In this document: positions 1-14,145 of the stretch, one piece after another
Layout: each line of letters begins with the position of its first letter
How positions within the stretch are numbered: the stretch's first letter is position 1
Source: Eledone cirrhosa
Lineage: Eukaryota
Direction: 5' to 3'
Length of the DNA: 64,000 nucleotides
NCBI GenBank assembly: GCA_964016885.1
Contig: OZ024759.1
Span: 12,214,001-12,278,000 of the forward strand
Made by a program: the position numbers and the translations under genes
The notes under the pieces: model-generated
Databases searched by the model: none
What the model saw: only the letters and a program-made list of their open reading frames with translations
Told to the model about the DNA's origin: nothing

Positions 1-650
1 AATAATAATAATGAAATTATTGTGTACAGTGCTCAGGTGCACTACAACTCATCAAAGGTGCATGTATAGTACATAGAATAATGTACAAATGTCAGGAAAA
101 TAAACAGTGTATGAGTCATGATATAATAATAATAACAATAAGGAAATATTGTGCACAGTGCCCAGGTGCACCACAACCCATCAAAAAAGTGCATGTACAG
201 TACATAGGGCAATGCACAAACATCAGTAAAATGAACAGTGCACACATGTGTGCATGTGTATGGAAGGGGCACATCAGGTGTAGTTTTGGCGTATTTCGGG
301 AAGCATGAGTGTCTTAAAGGATGCAGTGTCTCGGCAGCTAACAATTGACGCAGGCAGTTTGTTCCATGTTTCAGCAACTCTGAGCGTGAAAAAATGTCTG
401 CGAAAGTCATGGGAGCTGTGCTGTTTTCTTATCTTGTAGGCATGTCCACGTGTGTTAGATACATGGAGATCAAAGAGGCGCTCAGGGTTGCAGTTGGCGA
501 GATGGTTAAAAACTTTGTGGGTATTCACCAAGTCCACTGCCAGACGTCGGAGCTTCAATGAATCCATGCCCAGGGAAGCAAGGCGTTCAGAGTATGGTAG
601 GTGTCTGATGGAGGGTATGCGCTTGGTTGCACGTCTCTGAACAGTTTCAT
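1..650 (-). mobile_element. CR1-clade LINE, 5'-truncated 3' end with (TTA)n tail
   Basis: ORF 274..567 reads SLKLRRL..DL..THK...TRGHAYKI...RRHFFTLRVAETWNKLP, the typical CR1/L2 ORF2 C-terminus; short AAT repeat at 1-12. Confidence 0.85.
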
Positions 651-1410
651 TTGATATTTAATATTTAATATACTATTATATCATCTCTACTGTCGTCCCC
701 AACCATAACCTTAGGCACCGGCACCCCCTGGACCTTCTCATTGCCCCCACAAGGGGTGGTAGTACCCACATTGAGAACCTCTGATGTAGGATAACATTTA
801 ACATCATCATCAGTACCAGTCAGATCAGTTGGAGATGGTTGCTTCTAACAGGACCCGCTGGAGAGAGTGTTTGAGGAGACAGGCACACATATGCTCATAC
901 GCAGACACACAGACATACACACACATACACACCAATACAGTAACACGCAGAGACATAAAACCGATCCACTGACACACACACACACACAGACACATACATA
1001 CTGACACACACACACAAACACACACATATAGATACAGCAGAATAGATGTATTTTGTTGACACTAATACAATTGAATTGCAGAACTACTGTCGATTAGTCA
1101 ACATATCGATAATATGCAGGCTCATTTTGCCCTCTGAAACAATAGTAAGACAATGGATTAATTAAGCACTAAACCTTGCATTGTTTGTTTTCAGTGTTCT
1201 ACCTTTTATATATATATATATATATATATATAAAGAATGAATAATAACAGGTAGAGATCATAAAAAGGTAATATATTCCGTGTGCTTACAAATGTTTTCA
1301 CGGTGGTACTACAGCCTAGTTATGCTCTGTGCAAATTTACAAGTATTTGCAGAACTCAAATATCCAATGCTGTGACCACTGTATCCTCAGAGCAGAATAT
1401 AAATATATAT

Positions 1411-1743
1411 ATTAGTGGTTCGAGCATTGGCCTTGCAATCGAAAGGTTGTGAGTTCAAGGTTGTGAGTTCAATTCTCAGACCGGGTGATGTGTTGTTTCC
1501 TTGAGCAAGACACTTTATTTCACATTGCTCCAGTTTACTCAGCTGTAGAAATGAGTTGATAGGACTGGGGTCCCTATAATTCCACTGCAAAGTGGTTGTG
1601 GAGGTGCCACGGCCAAAAAATTACCCAACCCACACTGCAAAGTGGTCGTGGAGGTGCCGCGGCAAAAAAGCACCCAGGACATCCAGCTGTAGAAATCAAG
1701 CTAGAATCAGTTCCCTTGCAAGCAGGGTCGTAAAATGATGATG
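1411..1743 (+). mobile_element. tRNA-derived SINE family A (CORE/V-like body, RTE-type (GAT)n tail), 5'-clipped copy
   Basis: TAGTGGTT...GAGTTCAATTCTC A/B-box-like head, CCTTGAGCAAGACAC body and GATGAT tail; multiple copies in window. Confidence 0.8.
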
Positions 1744-1877
1744 ATATATATATATATATAACATTAAGAAATATGCTGATGTTACATAAATCGTTTTTCT
1801 CCATCGTAACTACACACATGTAGAGAGCTTTCTCCTATTTTGTTTTTTACCAAAATAACTTTTACTGAACACACACA

Positions 1878-1928
<51 letters not shown>

Positions 1929-1938
1929 TCAGTAAAAG

Positions 1939-1971
<33 letters not shown>

Positions 1972-2028
1972 TTCAGAAGGACCCGTTCGGGGTAAAAGCA
2001 GCGATTCTTTGCTTAAACTTTAATCTGT

Positions 2029-2079
<51 letters not shown>

Positions 2080-2372
2080 TATATATATATACACACACAA
2101 GGAAATGGGGAGAAGGATGTTTATAAATGAAGTTACCTTAGATTTGTGAAAATAAAAAAAAAAACAGGTGCGTCGTTACAGATTGAATGTTATACAGTAG
2201 TTCAATCAGGACATGGTTTCCCTGTAGATGTTTAGAGTGATTTATCTCTCTTCTTAAATCGAAGTACACTTTTGAATGAATGATATTAAAATGATAAAAA
2301 CAAACGATGATATACAATTAATATCCAATAAATTCATCAGGTGTGACTTTAAAAATATAAACATATATACAT

Positions 2373-2439
<67 letters not shown>

Positions 2440-2939
2440 ATAAAATGAATATATATATATGTATGTAATTAAATATATGTATATATAGTTTTACCTTTGC
2501 TATGTGTATATATGTATATATGTACAAATAAACAAATATCAAAATACGTGTTGTCTTGTAATATTTCTCTCTAATCAATCGTTATCAACGAGTAAAGAAG
2601 ATAGGTAAACACACTGTCGTTGATAAATGTTTTGATAATCTTTCCATAGTTACAAGTTACACACGGCGACGCTTCTTAATTAATTCGAATATATGTCAAA
2701 ATAAAAACCGAAACAGTTTAACACAGAAGTGTTTATACAGGTGTATGTCGTGTATATATATATAATGTATATTTAAGCCGCTTTAGCGGACGTCTTTTAG
2801 ATGTTTAAACGAAACTACAGTCAAACATACAAAGACAGTCATTAAAGTGTTAAAGTTATTATTACAAGGCGATACGAAACTGTGCGGCTAAAAGTTAAGT
2901 TAAAGCTCTGTATCAATCACATGATATATAACATCCAAG

Positions 2940-2961
2940 ATGTCGTCAGACCTGTCGTGTG
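2940..2961 (+). CDS. SNX8: SNX8-like gene, putative coding exon 1 (MSSDLSC+G)
   Basis: ATG at 2940 followed by strong donor G|GTAAGT at 2962; phase 1 joins in frame to the next exon (GSVPPLYRE). Short exon, so inferred from phase and splice signal only. Confidence 0.7.
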
Positions 2962-3365
2962 GTAAGTTTCTCCTCTCCGAGATAAACTTATTTCATTATA
3001 TAAACCATCTGTCTATTTTCATTTTCTGATCATCTATTTTATTATTATTTTTTTTTTTTTACCTTGACTGTATAAATAAATATATCAACTTACCTGCCTA
3101 TCTGTCTTTCTACCCTTTCTTATTAATGATCAACATTCACTTGTTGAGTGCAAACTGAGTTTTGCATATAATATATATGTATATATTTACATGCATGCCT
3201 ATATATATATATATATGCATGCATGTATGCCTATATATATATGCATGCATACATGCCTATATATATGCATGCATCTCCCCCCTCTCTCTCTCTATATATA
3301 TATATTCTGTTATTAATTCTGGCAATATTATTACACAAATATGACCCTCCCCAAGTATAACAATA

Positions 3366-3398
<33 letters not shown>

Positions 3399-3485
3399 GG
3401 AGATGCATGCATATATATATATATAGAGAGAGAGAGAGGGAGATGCATGCATATATATATATATAGAGAGAGAGAGGGAGATGCA

Positions 3486-3525
<40 letters not shown>

Positions 3526-3789
3526 TACATATACATACTTGTGCACACACACACATACATATATATATGTACATATACACACCGATCTGTATAGATGTAC
3601 ACACGGATACACATACCTATGAACACAACACACACACACAAATATATATATATATATATATATGCTGTGCTGAATAGGACTCGTCCAACCCTTGCAAGCA
3701 GGGAAAAGCGGACGTAAAATGATGATGATGATGATATTTAATTAACTGACAACGACAATCAAATGATGTTTTTATTTTGTCACTTGCAG

Positions 3790-3917
3790 CAGGCTCTGTT
3801 CCGCCTCTCTATAGAGAAATTTACGATATCCTATGTCCTAACCAAGAACGGATGGAGAAAGAGCTTTTCCTCAATATTTTCGCCAAATCGAATCTTCCGA
3901 ACGAAACAATCACACAG
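3790..3917 (+). CDS. SNX8: SNX8-like exon 2 (EH-like domain, first half); alternative acceptor at 3793
   Basis: Pyrimidine tract then TTGCAGCAG| acceptor; encodes (A)GSVPPLYREIYDILCPNQERMEKELFLNIFAKSNLPNETITQ; donor CAG|GTAAAC at 3918, phase 0. Confidence 0.85.
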
Positions 3918-4095
3918 GTAAACCAATCTCGATCTGTCTTCTATTTACCTGTCTGTCTGTCTTATCTGCATGTTTACGTATGTTTGTCTCTCTGTCTTAT
4001 CTACCTGTGTGTCTGTTTGTCTATCTGTCTTATCTACCTGTGTGTCTGTTTGTCTATCTGTCTTATCTACCTGCGTGTGTGTGTCTGTCTGATCT

Positions 4096-4665
4096 ACCAC
4101 CGAGTCCATTATTGCGATCAAACCGCCACCTTCCTACAAAAACGAAGGAGAGGCGGTTTTCCTCTGTGTAATGGCTATGGTGAAAGAGGCTGAGGTGAGA
4201 CACCTTTCTCTCCGGCGAATAACTGGTTCGCTTCTTCAAATATCATTTTAGAAGAAGAATCAGAGTGGAGAGAGAGGTGCTGCACCACCCCAGCAAATTT
4301 TACGAAAGGTGGGTGAATGTGGCAAGGATGGCCCGAGTGGTTGGGCCTTCTCTCTATGTAAACCTGTAGGTCGAGGAAAAAGAGGAAGGGGAGCGCTCGC
4401 TCTTCGTGCTCCTGGAGATGAGGGTTGTACACACCCCGAAAAAATGTACAACCCTCATCTCCCAATAGTGGGGAGGCGTTACACATGGGTTGTACACACC
4501 CCGAAAAAATGTACAACCCATGTGTAACGCCTCTCCCCTATTGCGGATTTCGATTGTTAAATTTAATATTATTGTTATTTTTTTTTTCTTTACACGCCTG
4601 TATGTAAACTCCCCATTATATGTATTTGTCCCCATCTTTTTGCGCCCTTGTGGCAAATAAAGAAA
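4096..4665 (+). mobile_element. 3' fragment of an L1/Tx1-type LINE related to the 26742-32384 element
   Basis: Translates TTESIIAIKPPPSYKNEGEAVFLCVMAMVKE...FFKYHFRRRIRVERE..PSKFYERWV...SLYVNL*, matching the ORF2 C-terminus of 26979..30416; same 3' end GTGGCAAATAAAGAAA. Confidence 0.92.
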
Positions 4666-4999
4666 TATATCTGTCTTAACTACCTGTGTGTGTCTATCTA
4701 CCTGTTTGTCTACCTGTGTTTGTGTCTATCGACTTGTGTGTGTATCTATCTACTTGTTTGTCTACCTGTGTTTGTGTCTATCGACTTGTGTGTGTATCTA
4801 TCTACCTGTGTGTGTATGTGTGTGTCTATCTACCTGTTTGTCTACCTGTGTGTGTGTGGATCTATCTACCTGTTTGTTTGTCTAACTACCTGTTTCTTTA
4901 TTTATCGATCTATCTGTTTGCTTACTTACCTGTCAAACCACCCATCCATGCATGCACCTGTTTATATATATATACCTACCTGTTTGTCTATCTGTCTGT

Positions 5000-5623
5000 T
5001 TACCTGTCCAGCCATGCATGTTTTACCTGTCAGTCCACTTATCCACCCACCCATGTCCGTCTACCTGTCAGTCCACCCATGTCTGCCTACCTGTCCATCC
5101 ACCCACGTCTGTCTACCTGTCCATCCACCCACGTCTGTCTACCTGTCCATCCACCCACGTCTGTCTACCTGTCCATCCATCCAGCCATGTCTGTCTACCT
5201 GTCCATTCATGCATGTCTACCTGTCAGTCCACCCACCCACCCATGTCTGTCTACCTGTCAGTCCACCCACCCACCCATGTCTGTCTACCTGTCAGTCAGT
5301 CCACCCATCCATCCACCCATATCTGTCTACCTGTCAGTCCACCCACCCAGCCATGTCTGTCTACCTGTCAGTCCACCCATCCATCCACCCATATCTGTCT
5401 ACCTGTCAGTCCACCCACCCAGCCATGTCTGTCTACCTGTCAGTCCACCCACCCAGCCATGTCTATCTACCTGTCAGTCCACCCACCCAGCCATGTCTAT
5501 CTACCTGTCAGTCCACCCACCCAGCCATGTCTATCTACCTGTCAGTCCACCCACCCAGCCATGTCTGTCTACCTGTCAGTCCACCCACCCAGCCATGTCT
5601 ATCTACCTGTCAGTCCACCCACC
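5000..5623. repeat. 34-bp minisatellite grading out of TCTA/TGTC microsatellite
   Basis: Unit ACCTGTCAGTCCACCCACCCAGCCATGTCT(A/G)TCT. Confidence 0.9.
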
Positions 5624-6498
5624 TAGCAGTTAACTAAATTAAATGTTAATAGCAGTTAACTAAATTAAATGTTAATAGCAGTTAACTAAATTAAATGTTA
5701 ATAGCAGTTAACTAAATTAAATGTTGATAGCAGTTAACTAAATTAAATGTTGATAGCAGTTAACTAAATTAAATGTTGATAGCAGTTAACTAAATTAAAT
5801 GTTGATAGCAGTTAACTAAATTAAATGTTGATAGCAGTTAACTAAATTAAATGTTAATAGCAGTTAACTAAATTAAATGTTGATAGCAGTTAACTAAATT
5901 AAATGTTGATAGCAGTTAACTAAATTAAATGTTAATAGCAGTTAACTAAATTAAATGTTGATAGCAGTTCACTAAATTAAATGTTGATAGCAGTTAACTA
6001 AATTAAATGTTAATAGCAGTTAACTAAATTAAATGTTGATAGCAGTTAACTAAATTAAATCTTGATAGCAGTTAACTAAATTAAATGTTGATAGCAGTTA
6101 ACTAAATTAAATGTTAATAGCAGTTAACTAAATTAAATGTTGATAGCAGTTAACTAAATTAAATGTTGATAGCAGTTAACTAAATTAAATGTTAATAGCA
6201 GTTAACTAAATTAAATGTTAATAGCAGTTAACTAAATTAAATGTTAATAGCAGTTAACTAAATTAAATGTTAATAGCAGTTAACTAAATTAAATGTTGAT
6301 AGCAGTTAACTAAATTAAATGTTAATAGCAGTTAACTAAATTAAATGTTGATAGCAGTTAACTAAATTAAATGTTAATAGCAGTTAACTAAATTAAATGT
6401 TAATAGCAGTTAACTAAATTAAATGTTGATAGCAGTTAACTAAATTAAATGTTAATAGCAGTTAACTAAATTAAATGTTAATAGCAGTTAACTAAATT
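5624..6498. repeat. 26-bp minisatellite, ~33 copies
   Basis: Unit TAGCAGTTAACTAAATTAAATGTT(A/G)A. Confidence 0.97.
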
Positions 6499-6783
6499 GA
6501 ATTTAAATTTAAAAATTAATCGAAAATGTTTGAATCAAGGTGTCAATGTTTTAAAATATTCTGTTTTGTATTTCAAACAAGTGTTTTTATTTCACAAAAC
6601 CAATTTTAATGTTGTACAGATCGGTGGAAAAGAAATCGTATTTAATCTATGAATATGTGTATATATATATGTGTGTATATATATATATATATATGTGTGT
6701 ATATATATATGTGTGTATATATATATATATATATGTGTGTGTATATATATATATGTGTGTATATATATATATGTGTGTATATA

Positions 6784-6832
<49 letters not shown>

Positions 6833-7007
6833 GTGTATATATATATATATATGTGTATATATATTTATTCAGGTTTGAGGTTCACCACTGGATAGAGCTG
6901 GTCAATTCCGTATGGTCAATCTCAATGTAATAATATAGAGAGTACTCAACATAAAGCAGTTCAACCGTCTTTGTTTTTGTAGTTGGTGGTGCTATTACGG
7001 AGTTAAA

Positions 7008-7351
7008 TATTATAATGAAATGACAGGAGGCTGGATTTGTGTAAATCCTTGAAAGGTTTATTATACTATGATCATTTCAATGACCGGGTTCCATATGAAT
7101 CCGGTGACATCATCAGGTATTCGAAATATAATAAGTGAATGTAATAGATAAAATACATGGGGCTGAAAATCAAAGACCTCGGTCTTTGGTTTTCAGCCCC
7201 ATGGATTTTATCTATTACATTCACTTATTATATTTCGAATACCTGATGATATCACCGGATTCATACGGAACCCGGTCATTGAAATGATCATAGTGTAATA
7301 AACCTTTCAAGGATTTACACAAATCCAGCCTCCTGTCATTTCATTATAATA
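7008..7351. repeat. Near-perfect palindrome, ~170-bp arms, 2-nt spacer
   Basis: ...GGGGCTGAAAATCAAAGACC TC GGTCTTTGGTTTTCAGCCCC... centred at 7179-7180; arms stay complementary out to ATATTATAATGAAATGACAGG. Confidence 0.95.
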
Positions 7352-7414
7352 TTATATGTGTATATATATATATATATATATGTGTGTATATATATATATA
7401 TATGTGTATATATA

Positions 7415-7498
<84 letters not shown>

Positions 7499-7538
7499 TG
7501 TGTGTATATATATATATATATGTGTATATATATATATA

Positions 7539-7641
<103 letters not shown>

Positions 7642-7735
7642 GTATGTATATATATATGTGTGTATATATATATATAAATAAAATAACAGGAGGCTGGACT
7701 GGTGTAAATCCTTGAAATGTTTATTATACTATGAT

Positions 7736-8073
7736 GGAGGCACATGGCTTAGTGGTTAGAGCATTGGTCTTGCAATCGATAGGTTGTGAGTTCAATTCTC
7801 AGACTGGGTGATGTGTTGTTTCCTTGAGCAAGACACTTTATTTCACATTGCTCCAGTTTACTCAGCTCTAGAAATGAGATGATAGGGACTCGGGTCCCTA
7901 CCATTCCACTGCAAAGTGGTCGTGTAGGCGCCACGGAAAAAAAGCACCCAGCACTCACTGTAAATGAGGTTGGTGTTAGGAAGGGCATCCAGCTGTAGAA
8001 ATCAAGCCTGAATCAGTTCCCGTCCCACCTTTGCAAGCAGGGAAAAGCGGACGTAAAATGAAGATGATGATGA
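7736..8073 (+). mobile_element. tRNA-derived SINE family A, full-length copy
   Basis: GGAGGCACATGGCTTAGTGGTTAGAGC...GAGTTCAATTCTC head, body, tail CCTTGCAAGCAGGGAAAAGCGGACGTAAAATG(AT)n. Confidence 0.85.
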
Positions 8074-8414
8074 TCATCATCATCATCATCATTTCATTGC
8101 CCGAGTTCCATATGAATCCGGTGATATCATCAGGTATTGGAATATATCAAAGGAATATGTAAAAAACCATGGGTCCGAAAAATCAGAGACAGAGACAGAG
8201 GACGACTGACCAACTAGCTGCTCTCACCTCGGCCAGTCGCCCTCAAAGTGATGGCAACTCAATCTACTAATGACCATCTGGTGAGGGGACGAAGGCTTAT
8301 AATGCACTACCACCTCTCCGAGGTGAAGGCAGCTAGTTGGTCAGTCGTCCTCTTTGTCTCTATCTCTGATTTTTCGGGCCCATGGTTTTTTACATATTCC
8401 TTTGTTATATTCCA

Positions 8415-8472
8415 ATACCTGATGATATCACCGGATTCATATGGAACCCGGTCATTGAAATGGTCATAGTAT
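8415..8472 (+). ncRNA. Type I hammerhead-like motif (multi-copy family)
   Basis: AUAC-CUGAUGA-UAUCACCGG..CCGGUCAUU-GAAA-UG(G/A)UCA-UA^-GUAU; base of stem II atypical. Copies at 7063-7120(-), 7239-7296(+), 13389-13446(-), and one split by the SINE at 7736. Confidence 0.6.
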
Positions 8473-9032
8473 AATAAACCTTTCAAGGATTTACACCAGT
8501 CCAGCCTCCTGTTATTCTATTTATAATTAACTCCGTATTCGCACCACCAACTACACAAACGAAGACGGGTGAACTGCACTACGTTGAGTACTCTCCACAA
8601 TATTACACCAAGATTGACCATACGGAAAGACCAATTCTATCTAGTGGTGAACCAACAAACCTAAAGATTATATATATATATATATAATCAAGATTTTGTT
8701 ATACTTTGGGAGGGTCATGTTGCCAATAAGAAACACACGCACCAGTTGCTTTCACTTCAATTTATTATAAATTAAATTTATAAATTTAGGAATTTATAAA
8801 TTTCCGGTTGGTTGGTTGGTTCCACAACCAGACGATTGTTCATATATTGTCAAAGTTCTTTCGTCACACATTCTGTGACCTCTTCAGTGACTGGGGATTC
8901 TTTTCTTTGTTTTTGTGCCTCTCCTTTGTTTTGTTCTGTCCTATGCCATCTTGTTTTATATAATCAAGGTTTAGCAAATAAGAAAAAGTTTTAAAATACA
9001 TTTTTAAAAATTCACTGTACCTGCTGTAGTTA

Positions 9033-9115
9033 CCCTTACCGTACGGTTTCAAGTCTCAAAATAAATGGAGACTCCATGCGGATATCCATTGAAAAGGAAG
9101 ACTCTCGTCAGAGGG
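9033..9115 (-). ncRNA. Type I hammerhead ribozyme, canonical core
   Basis: CCCU-CUGACGA-GAGUCU..(long loop)..AGACUU-GAAAC-CGUACG-GUA^-AGGG: perfect stem I, paired stem II, palindromic stem III. Confidence 0.85.
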
Positions 9116-9624
9116 TTCTTTTCACTCGGAGAATATAAAATTCCCAAGTTCAAATCACGAACTGGCGCTATACAAAATTGTTCCCGAGATGAGAGTGTAT
9201 GATGAAGAAGCAAGTCTGTCCAGTGCCGTGTGTAAAGATAGAAGACAGGGGTGGAAAGGTCAAACCACTGCCACTAGAAATAGCAGCAGGTAAAACGACC
9301 AAAATGTTATCTCGACCAGGGGAGATTAATAATAATAAAGTATGTATCCCTACATGCAAAATACATATAGGGACACATGTATTATCCAACCATATGCTAA
9401 TGTGGTTCTATGGCAGGTTAATAAACTAACGAGCCAGAACATATATAATCAAGGTTTAGCAAATAAGAAAAAGTTTTAAAATAAATTTTTTAAAATTCAC
9501 TGTAATTACCCTTACCGTACGAAACCCATGCAAGCGTGGAACATGGACGTTAAACGATGATGATGATGATGATGATGTACGGTTTCAAGTCTCAAAATAA
9601 ATGGATAATCCATGCGGATATCCA

Positions 9625-11392
<1,768 letters not shown>

Positions 11393-11592
11393 CATTAATT
11401 TCCCGGTTTCAGTCATAGGGCTGTGGCCATGCTAGAAACCCGCCTTGAATTGAAAGGATTTAGTCGATCATAGCGACTCCAGTATTCTATTTTATCGATC
11501 TCTGTTTGCCGAACCGCATTGTTATACGACATAAACAGAGTAAGCATGCCTACACACGCACGCACATGCATGCATACACGCACATATATACA

Positions 11593-11639
<47 letters not shown>

Positions 11640-11748
11640 TCGAAACGGCTTGAGCTCAGCCGTCGGGGTCCTACTCGTTCCTATTACCCTACGTATTGAG
11701 TACTTTGGTGCGGTATGGTCCACCTGGTTCCTTACCACATTTCCTTCG

Positions 11749-11804
<56 letters not shown>

Positions 11805-11908
11805 AGGTTCACTTAAGCTAATAACGCCTTTGGTCAGGTGTCTACAGGCACATTCACACACATATAAAGCCTTCACTCCCACACACTCGCAAAGTGTGTT
11901 TTTGCGTG

Positions 11909-11946
<38 letters not shown>

Positions 11947-12100
11947 CAAAGAGATATTTAATTTGTTGGTTATTCAACAAATTTATTTATAACAGATTCG
12001 AAGCACTCTACAGTTGGATAGTTTACTATCCAAACTGAACCTGAACCGATAACGCCTGGTTTTTTCTGTATGTCAATATTTATAAAACAAATTTTGTATT

Positions 12101-12153
12101 TTATCTGATGAGATCGTACTAAAATGTTGGTACCCTTGAAATATATATAATAA
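12101..12153 (+). ncRNA. Type I hammerhead-like motif (Penelope-type)
   Basis: UUAU-CUGAUGA-GAUCGUAC...GUACCCUU-GAAA-UAUAUA-UA^-AUAA; flanks are homologous to the Penelope-like fragment at 55321-55530. Confidence 0.65.
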
Positions 12154-12200
12154 AATAAATATGGTTTTATAAATATAGTTTCCATTTATTAATATCATTG

Positions 12201-12241
<41 letters not shown>

Positions 12242-12431
12242 TAACAGATTAAAGTTTAAGCAAAGAATCGCTGCTTTCACCCTTAACGGGATCTTCTGGA
12301 ACTCCTTATCGACCCCTCTTTAGATTTTAGTCTTGAAATTTATTATTATTACTATATATATATATATATATATATAAAGTTGAGTTCTTCATACGGATTG
12401 GACACTACCGTAAACTCTTGGTAGATTTATC

Positions 12432-12479
<48 letters not shown>

Positions 12480-12962
12480 TAGTATTACCGTTTGGGCGCA
12501 GTGGTGGTTTACGGTTGACTTGGCTGTGGTCCAGAGCCCTACAATATTCAAAGGGCCTCGAAATTCATTATTCGCAAGGACCCACCATGCAAGCTTAATT
12601 CGCCCCAGGGCGGGGGAAGAAGTAAAACGATTTTAAAAACAGTGGGCGTTTCCCGCTGGTCGGTGTGTAGCAAAGTATAGCTGGCGATGCTAATGTTAAG
12701 CAGGTTGTCTAAAGACTGCTGAATGTACTTTACTGACTCTTTCATTAAATATATGCAACTTTATACTGTGTAAATATGTATATCTGTTATATAGTAGAAT
12801 GATCGAGAATCGGAATATCGGCCCACGAAATCACGATAAACAATATCCGACATGTGTGGCAGAGGGCTCAATAGTTTGGTTAAACCAGAGCTATAACTAT
12901 CGTTAAAATACCAACACACAGAGATCATGCCTAAAATCACCCGTGCAGCCGAAAAAGAACGT

Positions 12963-13001
<39 letters not shown>

Positions 13002-13334
13002 TAAATATATGGAAACCACGAGGACCTTCAGAGGTCGACTGATGAGAGGGGCCAGTCCGGTGTTTTGTCTGTTGTCTTCGTCCACTTTTATCCATTATAT
13101 GTGATCTTAGCCACGCAGAACACTTTTTCAAATTTATATATATATATATATATATTATATTATATATAGAGTTATAAACTCAAATAGTCTTTTACAATTA
13201 AATAGCTCAAAGAAAGGAATATTTCTGAGCCGAGTAATACAAATGAATATATGATAGGGATAAACTTGGTCAGTTACAATGTAAACACTTGTATACTTGT
13301 ATCAGTGTTTATCCCTATCATATATTCATTTGTA

Positions 13335-13366
<32 letters not shown>

Positions 13367-13468
13367 ACAGGAGGCTAAAAGGTTTATTATACTATGACCA
13401 TTTCAATGACCGGGTTCCATATGAATCCGGTGATATCATCAGGTATCTGAAATATAACAAACCTAAAG

Positions 13469-13537
<69 letters not shown>

Positions 13538-13738
13538 TTCTCGTTTCACATATGTGTGTGTATATATATATATATTATATATCATCATCGTTTAACGCCC
13601 GCTTTCCATGCTAGCAAATATATATATGTGTTTGTGTGTGTGTGCAGGATCCCGATGTTAATCGGGAGACGATCACTGTTAAAAAGGTACTCAATACGTT
13701 AGTAGAGTAGAGATATATTCGTTTTATTATAGAAATGA

Positions 13739-13785
13739 TTTCTACAGGACTAGAACTGTTTCTTACGTAAGAAATCATCAGGAAA
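13739..13785 (-). ncRNA. Type I hammerhead ribozyme
   Basis: UUUC-CUGAUGA-UUUCUUACGUAA-GAAAC-AG..CU-GUA^-GAAA; stems I and III pair, stem II is weak. A degenerate sister copy lies on + at 14191-14238. Confidence 0.7.
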
Positions 13786-13907
13786 GTCAGATGATTTTTG
13801 TCAGCTTCGGTATTATCCTTTTAATATATATATACATGTGTGTGTTAAGGTACTTAATACATTAGTAGAGTGTAAACATCATGTTTAATATAGAAATGGC
13901 TTCTATA

Positions 13908-14145
13908 CAGCGGCGTGCAGAGCTCTGGTAATGCCCGGGGCAAATGTTGATTGTATGCCCCAAAGTCTCAAGTATAAGTCCTAGTATAATGAGAAAGGAA
14001 AATATTTTGAATATATAAACACAGATGAAACATGAAATAAACGCTTTATTCGATTTTAATATAAATCAATCAAATTTATTAAGTTATTTCCCCCCAAAAT
14101 GATGCCCCCATCCAAATGATGCCCGGGGCCCAACGCACGCTAGTG
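13908..14145. mobile_element. hAT-like MITE
   Basis: Imperfect TIRs CAGCGGCGTGC / GCACGCTAGTG, subterminal TGCCCGGGGC motifs, near-perfect 8-bp flanking duplication CTTCTATA / CTTCTACA. Confidence 0.7.

Noticed and set aside
2131-3097. Minus-strand donor-like sites suggesting a divergent gene
   Set aside because: No supporting ORF or downstream exon identifiable in the window.
3918-4193. Extension of ORF 3777..4193 beyond exon 2
   Set aside because: Passes a good donor into microsatellite and an out-of-frame LINE fragment.
4648-5637. 329/315/224-aa ORFs
   Set aside because: Open in all three frames over a 34-bp minisatellite.
7736-7810. tRNA-like sequence (GCA anticodon-like loop)
   Set aside because: SINE head: no proper acceptor stem, and it continues into the SINE body in all copies.
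13039-13080. CTGATGA box at ~13039 (also 48328 and 2334 minus)
   Set aside because: No properly placed GAAA and stems to complete a hammerhead.
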